From positions 672,001 through 736,000 of the forward strand of contig OY820579.1 of the NCBI GenBank assembly GCA_963681965.1: DNA of 64,000 nt, written 5' to 3'. Shown here one piece after another: positions 1 to 11,192 of this stretch (position 1 is its first letter; every line of letters starts with the position of its first letter). The DNA is from a bacterium (GTDB taxonomy: Bacteria; Electryoneota; JAOADG01). A program made the position numbers and the translations under genes. A model generated the notes under the pieces. That model made no database searches, was not told the origin of the DNA, and was given only the letters and a program-made list of their open reading frames with translations.

Positions 1-293
1 TATTCGGAGCGGCATGCTTGTGCCAAATCTTTTCCGGTCGCAATTCCAAGTCGCGCCGCCAATGTTTGCAGCAACACCGCCATCAAATTCGAAAGCAGCA
101 ACACCCAAATCAGTGCAAATCCGAACCGCGAGCCGCCCTCCAAATCGGTCGCCCAATTGCCGGGATCCATATAGCCGACGCTGACCAGATACGCTGGTCC
201 GAAAAACGCAAAGAGACGATGAAACGTCCGTTTCCGGTCGGTGGAAACGGATGCATTCACTTCGGACAAGGATTTTGATGATGGTGCTGACAT
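1..293 (-). CDS. mntH: Nramp-family divalent metal (Mn2+) transporter, 5' part (runs off window)
   Basis: Not in ORF track. Manual translation from ATG at 293 gives [16 protein letters not shown]...[66 protein letters not shown], containing the Nramp DPGN motif. Confidence 0.95.
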   Translation of the reverse strand, partial: MSAPSSKSLSEVNASVSTDRKRTFHRLFAFFGPAYLVSVGYMDPGNWATDLEGGSRFGFALIWVLLLSNLMAVLLQTLAARLGIATGKDLAQACRSE

Positions 294-336
294 AATCAAA
301 AAGTATTACGAACCGATCTGGTCAATCTATGGAAAT

Positions 337-362
337 CAGGGCAGACTGTTCAGCCTGCCCTG
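337..362 (-). terminator. Hairpin (REP-like or terminator) downstream of the LVIVD gene
   Basis: CAGGGCAG...CTGCCCTG inverted repeat; on the minus strand it reads GCAG-GGCAGGCTGAACAGTCTGCC, the same architecture as the other REP hairpins. Confidence 0.55.
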
Positions 363-395
363 CGGATAATGCATTAGTAGTCGACTGAATAATTG

Positions 396-2231
396 CTACT
401 TGAGCAATACGACTTTCATCACTTCGCTATAGCGTCCCGCCGTAAATCTTACGAGATACACGCCGGAAGCGAGATTCTCGCCGTTGATCCGGAACTCGTA
501 TGCTCCCGGTCCTGCCAATTTGCGCGTTTGCTCCAAAACAGATTTACCCAACAGATCGTACATTGCCAAATGCGATTCACATGCCGACGGCACATGACAG
601 CGAATTACCGTCGATGCATTGAATGGATTGGGATATGCCGGTTCCAACTTAAATTCGGTTGGTAGTACCGGATCGTCGACGCCATTTAATCGAATTGCGA
701 CTGAAATCGCCGCAGAATAGAACGAATCGGGGTATTGTGCAATCATCAACAAAGCAGAAGATGCGGTATCTCCAGTAACGGTCCAGCGCAAAGAATCGTC
801 TGTCGTAAATCCGATTCGCGTAGTACGACTGTTGCGAATCACCTTCACGATTACATTGACGCCTTCACTGTTTGCCCACCGGATCGTGTGGAGTGTATTC
901 ATGTCCCATGACTCGCCGCGTGCCGGACTGATGATCGCCAGCGGTGTGAGCGGACCCTTGATAATGAAGGTCGGCGAAACACCGAAGATCGTCGAATCGG
1001 TTAGCGATATCACGCGAATGACACAAGGCGAATTGACGAGATTGAACGGATTGTATACTCGCCAGGTATATTGTCCATCGGATACCGCAGCACGACCGAT
1101 GGTTGTCCACGATTGCGGGGTCGCTCGCGAAATTTGGATTTTTACGCTGTCTTCGACGTTAATGCTATTCCATCCAATTGTGGTGTAATCGCGCGAGCGT
1201 AAGGTATCGCCGGTAGTCGGCGAGATCGTCCAAATGTGCTGTTGGAAATAGACTCGTCCAAAATTATAAATTACCAAGCCGCTTGAATCTGCCGCCAGAT
1301 AAGCAAAGCTGTCGCGAACCGCGATACCGCGAGCTACGCCGCGTGTTGTGTTACCCATCTTCCGGTGATAGGCTTGTAGCGATGGGTGTGATCCCGTATA
1401 GCTGGCAATATTCAATCCCGAGTCGGCTGATGCCCAGCAAACGAGCGTATCGATTTTTGTCACGCCGCGCGCATTGGGGATGGCAATCGAATCGACATAG
1501 CGCATTGAACTTGGACTGGCAATATTGACGATGTGCTGATAGGTTCCGGTAATGCTGGCAAGAAAGGCACGATTGCCGTCCACACAGACATCGATTACCC
1601 GCTCTCCGCCACCCGGAGCCAATGTTTGAAGAATCGTCATCGACCCAATACTGGTGACATCCACTGCCGTAAAACCGCTTGTGAATGACGCCACGTAAGC
1701 TGTTGTGCCAACCACTTTCACAGCATAGGCATTGCCGGGTGTGGTGATCGATCCCAACAACGACGGTGCCGCCGGATTGGCAACGCTGTATACATACAAC
1801 CCACCGACATCGGCGGCGACATATGCAATCGTGTCGATTACGCATACCCCTCGTACCGATCCGGTTGCCGGGACAATACTCCCGCGCGCTACCGGATTGG
1901 CTGGATCCGCGACACTGACAATCTGCAACCCACTAGCGCGCGTTGCCAGATATACCAGCGAATCGACCACATTCAAACCTTGAACCCAACCGGGACAATT
2001 GTAATGTCCAGTGATAATCGGAGTGGTCGGGTCGGTAATGTCGATCACCCGAAGTCCGCTGTCGTCGTTCGCGACATAAGCATAATTGCCCAGCACTTTT
2101 ACATCGTAAGCCTGTTCACCCGTTGTGCGCATCCCTACGCGCGACACAAACAGACTATCGACCGACCAGCAGGTAGAGGTCATAAGCAGAAGTACAGCAG
2201 AAATCATCAAACAATATTTCATCATTTTCAT
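396..2231 (-). CDS. Secreted LVIVD-repeat beta-propeller protein with Ig-like domains and T9SS type-A sorting domain
   Basis: Signal peptide MKMMKYCLMISAVLLL; repeats such as YAYVANDDSGLRVIDITDPTTP; C-terminal PAYPNPFNAST...LASGVYLVRF...KVVLLK. Start is uncertain (2231/2225 versus 2276). Confidence 0.85.
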   Translation of the reverse strand: MKMMKYCLMISAVLLLMTSTCWSVDSLFVSRVGMRTTGEQAYDVKVLGNYAYVANDDSGLRVIDITDPTTPIITGHYNCPGWVQGLNVVDSLVYLATRASGLQIVSVADPANPVARGSIVPATGSVRGVCVIDTIAYVAADVGGLYVYSVANPAAPSLLGSITTPGNAYAVKVVGTTAYVASFTSGFTAVDVTSIGSMTILQTLAPGGGERVIDVCVDGNRAFLASITGTYQHIVNIASPSSMRYVDSIAIPNARGVTKIDTLVCWASADSGLNIASYTGSHPSLQAYHRKMGNTTRGVARGIAVRDSFAYLAADSSGLVIYNFGRVYFQQHIWTISPTTGDTLRSRDYTTIGWNSINVEDSVKIQISRATPQSWTTIGRAAVSDGQYTWRVYNPFNLVNSPCVIRVISLTDSTIFGVSPTFIIKGPLTPLAIISPARGESWDMNTLHTIRWANSEGVNVIVKVIRNSRTTRIGFTTDDSLRWTVTGDTASSALLMIAQYPDSFYSAAISVAIRLNGVDDPVLPTEFKLEPAYPNPFNASTVIRCHVPSACESHLAMYDLLGKSVLEQTRKLAGPGAYEFRINGENLASGVYLVRFTAGRYSEVMKVVLLK

Positions 2232-2477
2232 CGGAAGTCCTCTTGGTTGGTTGTACAGAGGTAGGATCGCCGGCATCGGATATGCCGAATACGAGAAAGT
2301 AATAAGGATCCGATCGATATAAAAGACAAAAACAGTCAGTTGACAATATTTTTACTAACTGACGCCGGCAAAACGAAAACAATCGGATTTTCCGGATGGG
2401 GAGAGGGTATCGATTAACCGAGGAAAGTGTTTAAATCAAGCATTCTGTCATAATACTGTAACGAATTGACACATTCG

Positions 2478-3023
2478 TTACTTAATCTTGATCATTTTAT
2501 CCACGGCGAAGCCCATCGTTTTCGCACGATCGAGCACTTTGTTGTAGGTAGAATCGGGTAACTGGGGTGTGCGACTGAGTATCCAGAGGTACTTGCGGCT
2601 TGGTTCGCCAACAAGTGAATAGGAATAATTATCCGGTAAATCTAGGATCCAGTAGGTACCCCAGACCATCGGCAGAAAACTGAGCCATTTAGGCGCGAAC
2701 CGGACCTCTAATTTCGAGTTCGGTCCCGTTGCAGAATGTAATCGTGCTTCACCAATTGCCTCTTTGAGGCTACCATCCGATTTCTGGCACCGATTGACGA
2801 CACTTATTATTCCATCGGACTGTTTAGTATAAGTCGCAGTAATTTCTCCATCGCACCCACGCTCAAACCAATTCGGCAAGCGTGCAACTTCATACCAAAC
2901 TCCGCAATAGCGATCCAGATCGACTTGAGGAACAGCAGTTACCGGTTGTACCGGTTTGTTTGCCGATGCCAATGAAATAAACCCAGACGCAGCAATGATG
3001 ATAACACTTAAAAGACGTTTCAT
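2478..3023 (-). CDS. blc: Bacterial lipocalin (Blc-like)
   Basis: VDLDRYCGVWYEVARLPNWFE motif and YWIL...YSLVGEPSRKYLWILSRTP; signal peptide. Confidence 0.9.
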   Translation of the reverse strand: MKRLLSVIIIAASGFISLASANKPVQPVTAVPQVDLDRYCGVWYEVARLPNWFERGCDGEITATYTKQSDGIISVVNRCQKSDGSLKEAIGEARLHSATGPNSKLEVRFAPKWLSFLPMVWGTYWILDLPDNYSYSLVGEPSRKYLWILSRTPQLPDSTYNKVLDRAKTMGFAVDKMIKIK

Positions 3024-3868
3024 TCCATATATTCCGTTAATAATTTCACTGCGATCGTTTCGACAAGCTCAATATCTTGTACGAAAACCCCCTCTTTGGA
3101 ACAGTGATACGGAAAGATCGCCGGTTCGATAGCAATCGATGGAATGGCGCTGCCGGGCGCTTCATTTAATAATTTGCCGAATTCGAGATAATCGTTGGTG
3201 TTGTTGCGGTGCACAACTTCCGGGAAGTTGGTGGTAAACCACGCTTCCAATCGTATGGTTTTGTCCGTCAATTCGGGACTTGGATCCAGATTATTCAATT
3301 CCCAATGCCGACTATACAACGCTACACCGGGTGTCCCTTTAAAAAATGGAGTGGTATCAATGGTAACGACCATTGCGGGAACACGATTCGTCGCCAGCAA
3401 GTGTCGCGACAGTCGTTGTGCACCAATCCCGTGATACAGCCCTTCACCGCCATTTCGGAGCAATGGCACAAGTGCTGGATTGGCAATATTCTCTTCGATT
3501 TCCGAAAACAGAAATTGCAGTGGGGGGAAATTCTGCTCGGAGCAGTGCTCGAGAATATGCAACAGAATTCCAACGCCAGTGGCGTCGTCGAGTTGACCGG
3601 TTAGGTGAGCTTCGTCGAGAACGATCGGCAAATCGGTCGTTAGATTCTCGCCATAATGATTGATTTTATCCAGATGAGCCGCTAATGCGATCGGTGCACA
3701 TTTTCGCTTGCCCGGTACCGTAACGATCAAATTGTTGTCCGCGACAATTTCAATTTTAGCATCCGGAACCTTCAATGCGGCGTCGCGAACCAATGGGTGA
3801 ATCCGCTCCTCATAGCTACTGAATGAAGGCACTTTCGCGGCTGCCATGACCCAATCGATAACGTTCAT
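3020..3868 (-). CDS. M28/M20/M42-clan zinc metallopeptidase-like protein
   Basis: Metal-ligand motifs AHLDK, GQLDDATGV, FSEIEE, IDT and PYH. Start ATG 3868 has a CAGGAG RBS; stop overlaps the lipocalin start (ATGA). Confidence 0.7.
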   Translation of the reverse strand: MNVIDWVMAAAKVPSFSSYEERIHPLVRDAALKVPDAKIEIVADNNLIVTVPGKRKCAPIALAAHLDKINHYGENLTTDLPIVLDEAHLTGQLDDATGVGILLHILEHCSEQNFPPLQFLFSEIEENIANPALVPLLRNGGEGLYHGIGAQRLSRHLLATNRVPAMVVTIDTTPFFKGTPGVALYSRHWELNNLDPSPELTDKTIRLEAWFTTNFPEVVHRNNTNDYLEFGKLLNEAPGSAIPSIAIEPAIFPYHCSKEGVFVQDIELVETIAVKLLTEYME

Positions 3869-4275
3869 CTTGATCTCCTGAAACTGATCCAATATACATG
3901 AACCGATATACCGAACACTATCATTCCTCGCAGTCCGATCAATAATATTCGATCGTTTCAAAACTCTTTTGTCTGAAAAATTCCGACCGAAGATTCGCGT
4001 ACGTTTCCCTAATTCGAAAACTCATCGGTAATTGTGACGAAGCGATCGAGTGATTTACGATTAAACTGGTGAAACCCTTCACGTTCGATTAATAATCAAC
4101 CGCATAGCTACTCCGATTCAAAACCGGCAATCAATAATCTTGAGAAATACTTCAAAACCGTTACAATTTCTATTAATAGCAACGTATTACTGACATATTC
4201 ACGAAACCGGCGCAGTCCGGCACTCATTTCAAGTACTTTGTCCAATATTTTATGCACTTTTCCGGGGGGAATCGT

Positions 4276-6237
<1,962 letters not shown>

Positions 6238-6258
6238 TCCACGATTATTCTCTGTATA

Positions 6259-6482
6259 GTAGAGGCGGACTTCTATGTCCGCCCGTTTTTTTATTCTGTT
6301 CTCTTCGCGGTGGCGCAGGCATCCGAGCCTGCATAAATATTCTTTTCCGTAGGTCAGAATTTATTCTGACCACATCTTGAATTTTTTTGTTTGGCGAGTT
6401 ACAAACCGCCCTTCGGTTCGTTCGTAAACTGACTCAAAATGACAAAAAAGCGGATGAAAGGCGGCCCTGAAGGGCCACCTCC
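6259..6482. repeat. Mosaic cluster of different REP-like hairpins (BIME-like); the first hairpin doubles as the acs terminator
   Basis: GTAG-AGGCGGAC/GTCCGCCC plus T-run (6259-6292); GTGG-CGCAGGC/GCCTGC (6310-6332); GTAG-GTCAGAAT/ATTCTGAC (6349-6370); minus-strand GGAG-GTGGCCCTTCAGGGCCGCC (~6460-6482). Confidence 0.8.
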
Positions 6483-6492
6483 GATTAATCAT

Positions 6493-6610
6493 ATCGTGGT
6501 TATTGAAAAAAAAGTTGTCATGATTCTGTGTCAGGCTTCGCCTGACCTGCGGGAGGCCGCGGTGGGCCTCCCATACTATCCGATGACAAGTTATTTTCAA
6601 GAGATACTAT
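6493..6610. mobile_element. MITE-like element copy A carrying two REP hairpins
   Basis: Near-identical to 20505-20620 (AAGTTGTCATGATTC..GTGTCAGGCTTCGCCTGACCTGCGGG...TTATTTTCAAGAGATACTAT); imperfect terminal inverted repeats. Confidence 0.7.
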
Positions 6611-6615
6611 ATAAC

Positions 6616-6647
6616 AAAAGGGCGGACATCTGCTGTCCGCCCAATTT
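6616..6647 (-). terminator. Intrinsic terminator (REP-like stem) of the 6669-7904 gene
   Basis: GGGCGGACA-tctgc-TGTCCGCCC preceded by AAAA on the + strand (U-tract on the minus strand). Confidence 0.7.
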
Positions 6648-6668
6648 CACTGAGAAGATTAGATGAGT

Positions 6669-7904
6669 CTACTTCAAATAGATCAGCTTTTTCGCTGTCG
6701 AAAATCCGTTGGCATCCATCCGGTACATATATACACCGGCTGCCAATCCATTTGCATCGAGCGTCACCCGGTAGTGATTCGCCTGATGGAAACTATTCAC
6801 AATTGTCCGAATTTCGCGTCCCTGCAAATCGTACAGCGCAATACGAACATTTCCGGCGCGTGCGACGGCATACGAGATTTCCGTCGAGTGGTTGAATGGA
6901 TTCGGGAAATTCTGCTTGAGTGCATATTTCCCGGGAATGACGGCAATCTGTTCCGCTGTCGGAGTTGCCATCACGACATTCGGATGAATCTGTTCGATAC
7001 CATCGAGACTGACATCGCTCAACCGGTAATAGTAGGTGGCACCATTTTCCACCCGGGTATCGGTAAAGCTGTAATCCATCGGTGTCGCAACGGTGCCGCG
7101 TCCCGGAACAACTGTAAGCACATTGCCCACAGCACTCGGATCGGTTGAACGGTACAAATTGAATTGCCGGTTATTGACTTCCGATTCGACCCGCCACTGC
7201 AGTGTCACTTCACTATTTCCCGTCACGGCGCTAAATGAAGCCAGCGTTACCGGTAAAATGTCGTTCATCACGATCTGAATATTCGGGGCATAAAATCGAC
7301 GTTGTCCGACTAAAGTATTTGCCGATGCTTCGGTATTTTTCTCCGTCATGAAGAATCGCGCCAATGCACTGGGTGTATTGCGATATTGACCGCCCAAATC
7401 GCTTGCACCCGCCGCGCTTACATCAATCACGGTAAAGACCATCAGATTGTCGACGCCATTGTAATCGAACGGAGCAATGGCAAAATCCTGCCATGCCATC
7501 CCAATACCAACTCCGGAGTAATTGGCATCGACATAAACGAGCGTCGCGCCAGCCACCAAATCGTTGTACACCGGCATTACCGGAATTTCATTGTAAGCGA
7601 CATGCTTCAGATAAATCAATAAATGCCGGGAAGCCTGATTCATGGCATAAGCCTGTGCGGGATACCAGCGCAGATTCGTTATCGTGCCGGCACGACCAAT
7701 TTCGGCTGCCATGTATATCCCAGCCGTTCGGTAATTCTTGTACACATCCCCGAATGGATGCCGGACTTGATCCGCACCCATTCCGATGGTGACGGTGGAA
7801 TTCAGCTCATCGGTACTCGATAGCGCAAGATTGGACAGAAGAAAGAGCGGAAATAGAACAAACAGCAGACTGAAAACAGTGTTAAACTTTGACAATTTCG
7901 TCAT
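6669..7904 (-). CDS. Secreted protein with LPV(T/E)L-type Ig domain and T9SS type-A sorting domain
   Basis: Signal peptide; ILPVTLASFSA...VTLQWRVESEVNNRQFNLYRS; QNFPNPFN...AAGVYMYRM...KKLIYLK. ATG 7904 follows GGAGG. Confidence 0.85.
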   Translation of the reverse strand: MTKLSKFNTVFSLLFVLFPLFLLSNLALSSTDELNSTVTIGMGADQVRHPFGDVYKNYRTAGIYMAAEIGRAGTITNLRWYPAQAYAMNQASRHLLIYLKHVAYNEIPVMPVYNDLVAGATLVYVDANYSGVGIGMAWQDFAIAPFDYNGVDNLMVFTVIDVSAAGASDLGGQYRNTPSALARFFMTEKNTEASANTLVGQRRFYAPNIQIVMNDILPVTLASFSAVTGNSEVTLQWRVESEVNNRQFNLYRSTDPSAVGNVLTVVPGRGTVATPMDYSFTDTRVENGATYYYRLSDVSLDGIEQIHPNVVMATPTAEQIAVIPGKYALKQNFPNPFNHSTEISYAVARAGNVRIALYDLQGREIRTIVNSFHQANHYRVTLDANGLAAGVYMYRMDANGFSTAKKLIYLK

Positions 7905-7999
7905 AATTACCTCCAAAATCGGTGATTGAAGATGAATGAGTAAGTGCGATGGATAAAACCAATTTCATTATATCAATTCAGGGCTTTCAAATACACAAC

Positions 8000-8050
8000 T
8001 ACTACCGTATAATAGTAATAGTGATTCTATGATACTACCGTATTGTAGTA
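8000..8050. promoter_or_regulatory. Two tandem palindromic operator candidates TACTAC-N6-(G/A)TAGTA
   Basis: TACTACCGTATAATAGTA (8000-8017) and TACTACCGTATTGTAGTA (8033-8050), 33 bp apart, between the divergent TrmB gene and the secreted-protein gene. Confidence 0.65.
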
Positions 8051-8134
8051 ATTCAAAATCGATTGTATCTTTTTTCGCGGCTAGAGTTGACTGAAATCAC
8101 ATAATTCTCTGTTTTTGGTCCGGTTGGAGGCAAT

Positions 8135-8992
8135 ATGACGTCAATAGATGCCCAAAATTCAATGATTGAACTCGGTTTCACTCCGATGGAGGCATCCGTT
8201 TATCTCCTTCTCCTCGGATCTCCCCCCCTTACCGGTTACGGTATTGCCAAACAGCTCGGAAAACCTGCCCCTTATGTCTATCGCGCGATCGATGCGCTAG
8301 TCCAAAAGAATGCGCTGTTTCTGGATAAGAGCGAAACGAAGAAATACCGCGCTGTTCCCTTTGCAGAGTTGCTTGAGCGGCTTAAGCTGTCGTTCCAGAA
8401 TCGATGCGATACCGCCAAAGAGCGTATGACACAAATCCAAACCGCGATCTTCGATGACCGGGTCTATCACCTGAATTCAGTCGATCAGGTGTTCGAGCGG
8501 GCACAGACCATGATTGCCGATGCTCGGGAACTGCTGTACATCGACGCGTTTCCCAAGGCGCTGACGCGAATCGCGTCTTTACTGGAAACGGCACAGAGTC
8601 GTGGGGTGACTGTTGGCGCCGTGGTATATGAGCCGATAAAATTGAATATCGCCAGTGTCATGCAGTTCCGAACCGAACGGTTAGTGTGGGATTGGCCGAC
8701 CCGACAGTGGCTGCTGGTTGCCGTCGATAACACACAGTACCTCATCGCGCTGCTTTCGGGTAATTGCGAACGGGTACATCAGGCAATTTGGACGGCGAGT
8801 CCGGTTCTGGCATACGTCCAACAATTCATGATGGGTTCGGAGCTATTGCTCGGGCAAATGCTCGAAACACTATATTCGGGTGGGGGTAATGCAGAATTAC
8901 TCGACACTTACCACCGGTGGCAGGAAACCTTCGGCAAAGTCAAACCGTCCGGGGTCGATCGCTTCGAGCAACTGTTCGGGAAGGTGGAATAA
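8135..8992 (+). CDS. TrmB-family transcriptional regulator
   Basis: N-terminal LGFTPMEASVYLLLL...TGYGIAKQLGKP..YVYRAIDALVQK HTH, then YRAVP and an effector domain (ADARELLYIDAFP; WLLVAVDN). GGGAGG RBS. Confidence 0.9.
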   Translation: MTSIDAQNSMIELGFTPMEASVYLLLLGSPPLTGYGIAKQLGKPAPYVYRAIDALVQKNALFLDKSETKKYRAVPFAELLERLKLSFQNRCDTAKERMTQIQTAIFDDRVYHLNSVDQVFERAQTMIADARELLYIDAFPKALTRIASLLETAQSRGVTVGAVVYEPIKLNIASVMQFRTERLVWDWPTRQWLLVAVDNTQYLIALLSGNCERVHQAIWTASPVLAYVQQFMMGSELLLGQMLETLYSGGGNAELLDTYHRWQETFGKVKPSGVDRFEQLFGKVE

Positions 8993-9054
8993 ATCGGGTC
9001 AGCGCAAGGACGGAGTTCGCCGACTGCGAATGAAGAACATAGCGATCGATCGTT

Positions 9055-9260
9055 TCGCTTGAAAAACTGTTGTTATCGATAGTAGGGGCAGATTCTCGCG
9101 TCCGCCCGCATTCATTTTTCCCCATCCCCACGACCTATCTCCTATCACCCATTTATTCGGAGAGGCGTATGGCAACGCCCAAATCTTGTGTCCAAAAATT
9201 AGGCACGGTTAATTTTGTTCCGTCTCCTTTCTCAGCTAGATCGTAGACGGAAAATTTTCT
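9055..9260. repeat. Half MITE arm plus REP hairpins and a short C-rich repeat cluster
   Basis: CTTGAAAAACTGTTGTTATCGATA-GTAG-GGGCAGATTCTCGCGTCCGCCC (9055-9107) matches the MITE arm; CCTATCTCCTATCACCC (9134-9150); GGAG-AGGCGTATGGCAACGCCC (9159-9180); imperfect AGGCACGG...CCGTCTCCT hairpin. Confidence 0.65.
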
Positions 9261-9337
9261 AAAATCCCAAATTTTATTCGCACCGATAATATTTCCATTA
9301 TAAATTGATCTCATCCACTTGGGAAACAACTTTACCC

Positions 9338-11173
9338 ATGAACTGCTGCCACCGATACCTCCTCTTCCGAATCGCCGTCGCGCTGCTGTGGCTGCTAACG
9401 ATATGCAGTGTGGCGATGGCGCAGCCGCTGCCTTGGCCAGCACCGATTACATGGAATCGACCCGATACGGTCTATCGAACCCGAAGCGATATCGTCTGGA
9501 ATTTCATGTCCAAAGGGGACACATTTGCAGTCGTATGCGAATACAACAATCGTTTCCGTCAAGCATTCGCTAAAGTTATCGTAAGCTCAAATCGTGGTCG
9601 AAGTTGGACACCTGCACACTGCTTTATCGATACCAATTCCAGTCATCATGGCAGTCGACCAGTGCTTGGAATTATTACTTCGCAAGGGGTATTCGTTAAC
9701 GAATACAATGAAACTTCCGACACCTTAAGGCTATACTATTCAACCAATAATGGCATTAGCTGGCAGCGATCTCAGAATCAGTCGGGATATGGTTTCGGTG
9801 TACGATGTTCGCAAGGAGATACCTTAGCAGGGAGTAATTTTTTCAATCGAATTCAAACGCCAGTTTGGACCGTGGATCGTGGGGAAACATACTTTCCACC
9901 TTTCCCTACCGATACCCTTGACGCCGGTGATGAATTTTCGCTCAATGCCGGACAAATGCTGATTGCAGGTCGAAGCACATCCAATCAAGTAAAAGTATAT
10001 TACAAACCGGTTTCTTCGACAACTTTCCAACGGGCAATTATTCCTCACGATACTTATCCGGATTTAGATAATGCATTAATTAAACACAATCATGACGGTT
10101 ATGGGGTATTAGCAATCGACGCATCAAACAGTGTTTTATCATCTTTGACAATCTTAGTGAGTCACACAACCGATTTCGGACGAAGTTGGTCGGATTTCGA
10201 TACGATAAGTCATATAAATATGTCTTCACTTGCTGGCGGTAGACCAAGCTATCTAGGTAATCAAGGAAAATTATTTGCACTTTGTTGGTATGATCGTCAT
10301 CCTTATCTACCGGAATCGCTTGAAGGCGGATATATGGTATCGAGCATCACAGCCAATAACGGTCGGTCATGGTATTTTCCGCAGGATATGTTAATCGAAG
10401 TAGATTCTGCAGGATCAGAACTTACCCAAATTGAATTTCGTGGTGACTCGATCTTTTACAATTATATGGTATCTGTCAACGTAAACATGGTGAACACTTA
10501 CGGTTTTCGAAGTGCTTGCGTGAGAATTTCTGGGTGTATCAATCGCGACACCATCGTCCCGGTTATCAACGAACCAATGGTTTTACCACTAACAATTTCC
10601 CGTCTACAACCAATTTCACTTGCAGCTAGATTCAGCGATAACGACAGCGTATGGCAAACGCAATGTATCATCCGGCGCTCCGGCGATCTTGATTCGGCGA
10701 TCATTGCGCTAACTCGCAACAATACCGATAATTTATATCATGGCAATTGGACACCCTCCGATACCGGCAACTACCAATATTATTATCGCTGCGAAGATAT
10801 GTGGGAGAATGTGAGTCGATTACCCACGAATGCAATGTATCAGACGCGGGTTTTGCCGGTCGAAAATGTCGATCATACTGTTCCGATGGTTCTCACCGAA
10901 GCGATGTTGCGCGTCTTCCCCAATCCGGTGAATGGGATGATTACTTTCACCGGACAGTTGCCTGCGCATTCATCAAACACGCAACTCAAAATCTACAATC
11001 TTACCGGTGCACTGGTCGCATCGCTGCCGATCAAACCCAATGCTATTGGTAGTTATCGCGCATCGTGGGATTGCCGCAATGCGCAAGGGAGTACAGTAGC
11101 ATCGGGAGTGTATTTTGCACAACTCAATACAAGCATGAAAGCAAGTTTGGTGCGGTTTTCTGTGATAAAGTAA
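9338..11173 (+). CDS. Secreted BNR/Asp-box (sialidase-fold) protein with T9SS/FlgD-type C-terminal domain, paralog 1
   Basis: Asp-boxes SSNRGRSW, STNNGISW, TTDFGRSW and TANNGRSW; signal peptide; FPNPVNG...ASGVYFAQL C-terminus. Confidence 0.85.
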   Translation: MNCCHRYLLFRIAVALLWLLTICSVAMAQPLPWPAPITWNRPDTVYRTRSDIVWNFMSKGDTFAVVCEYNNRFRQAFAKVIVSSNRGRSWTPAHCFIDTNSSHHGSRPVLGIITSQGVFVNEYNETSDTLRLYYSTNNGISWQRSQNQSGYGFGVRCSQGDTLAGSNFFNRIQTPVWTVDRGETYFPPFPTDTLDAGDEFSLNAGQMLIAGRSTSNQVKVYYKPVSSTTFQRAIIPHDTYPDLDNALIKHNHDGYGVLAIDASNSVLSSLTILVSHTTDFGRSWSDFDTISHINMSSLAGGRPSYLGNQGKLFALCWYDRHPYLPESLEGGYMVSSITANNGRSWYFPQDMLIEVDSAGSELTQIEFRGDSIFYNYMVSVNVNMVNTYGFRSACVRISGCINRDTIVPVINEPMVLPLTISRLQPISLAARFSDNDSVWQTQCIIRRSGDLDSAIIALTRNNTDNLYHGNWTPSDTGNYQYYYRCEDMWENVSRLPTNAMYQTRVLPVENVDHTVPMVLTEAMLRVFPNPVNGMITFTGQLPAHSSNTQLKIYNLTGALVASLPIKPNAIGSYRASWDCRNAQGSTVASGVYFAQLNTSMKASLVRFSVIK

Positions 11174-11192
11174 CTTGAATGGGAGTGGCAAA

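Noticed and set aside
294-395. yybP-ykoY manganese riboswitch upstream of mntH
   Set aside because: Only a single REP-like hairpin is visible; no supportable riboswitch consensus.
6361-6666. Short ORFs over repeat clusters (also 9153-9443, 20390-20599, 54952-55236 and 58138-58680)
   Set aside because: They are translations of REP, MITE or tRNA-derived repeats with no convincing RBS or protein-like composition.
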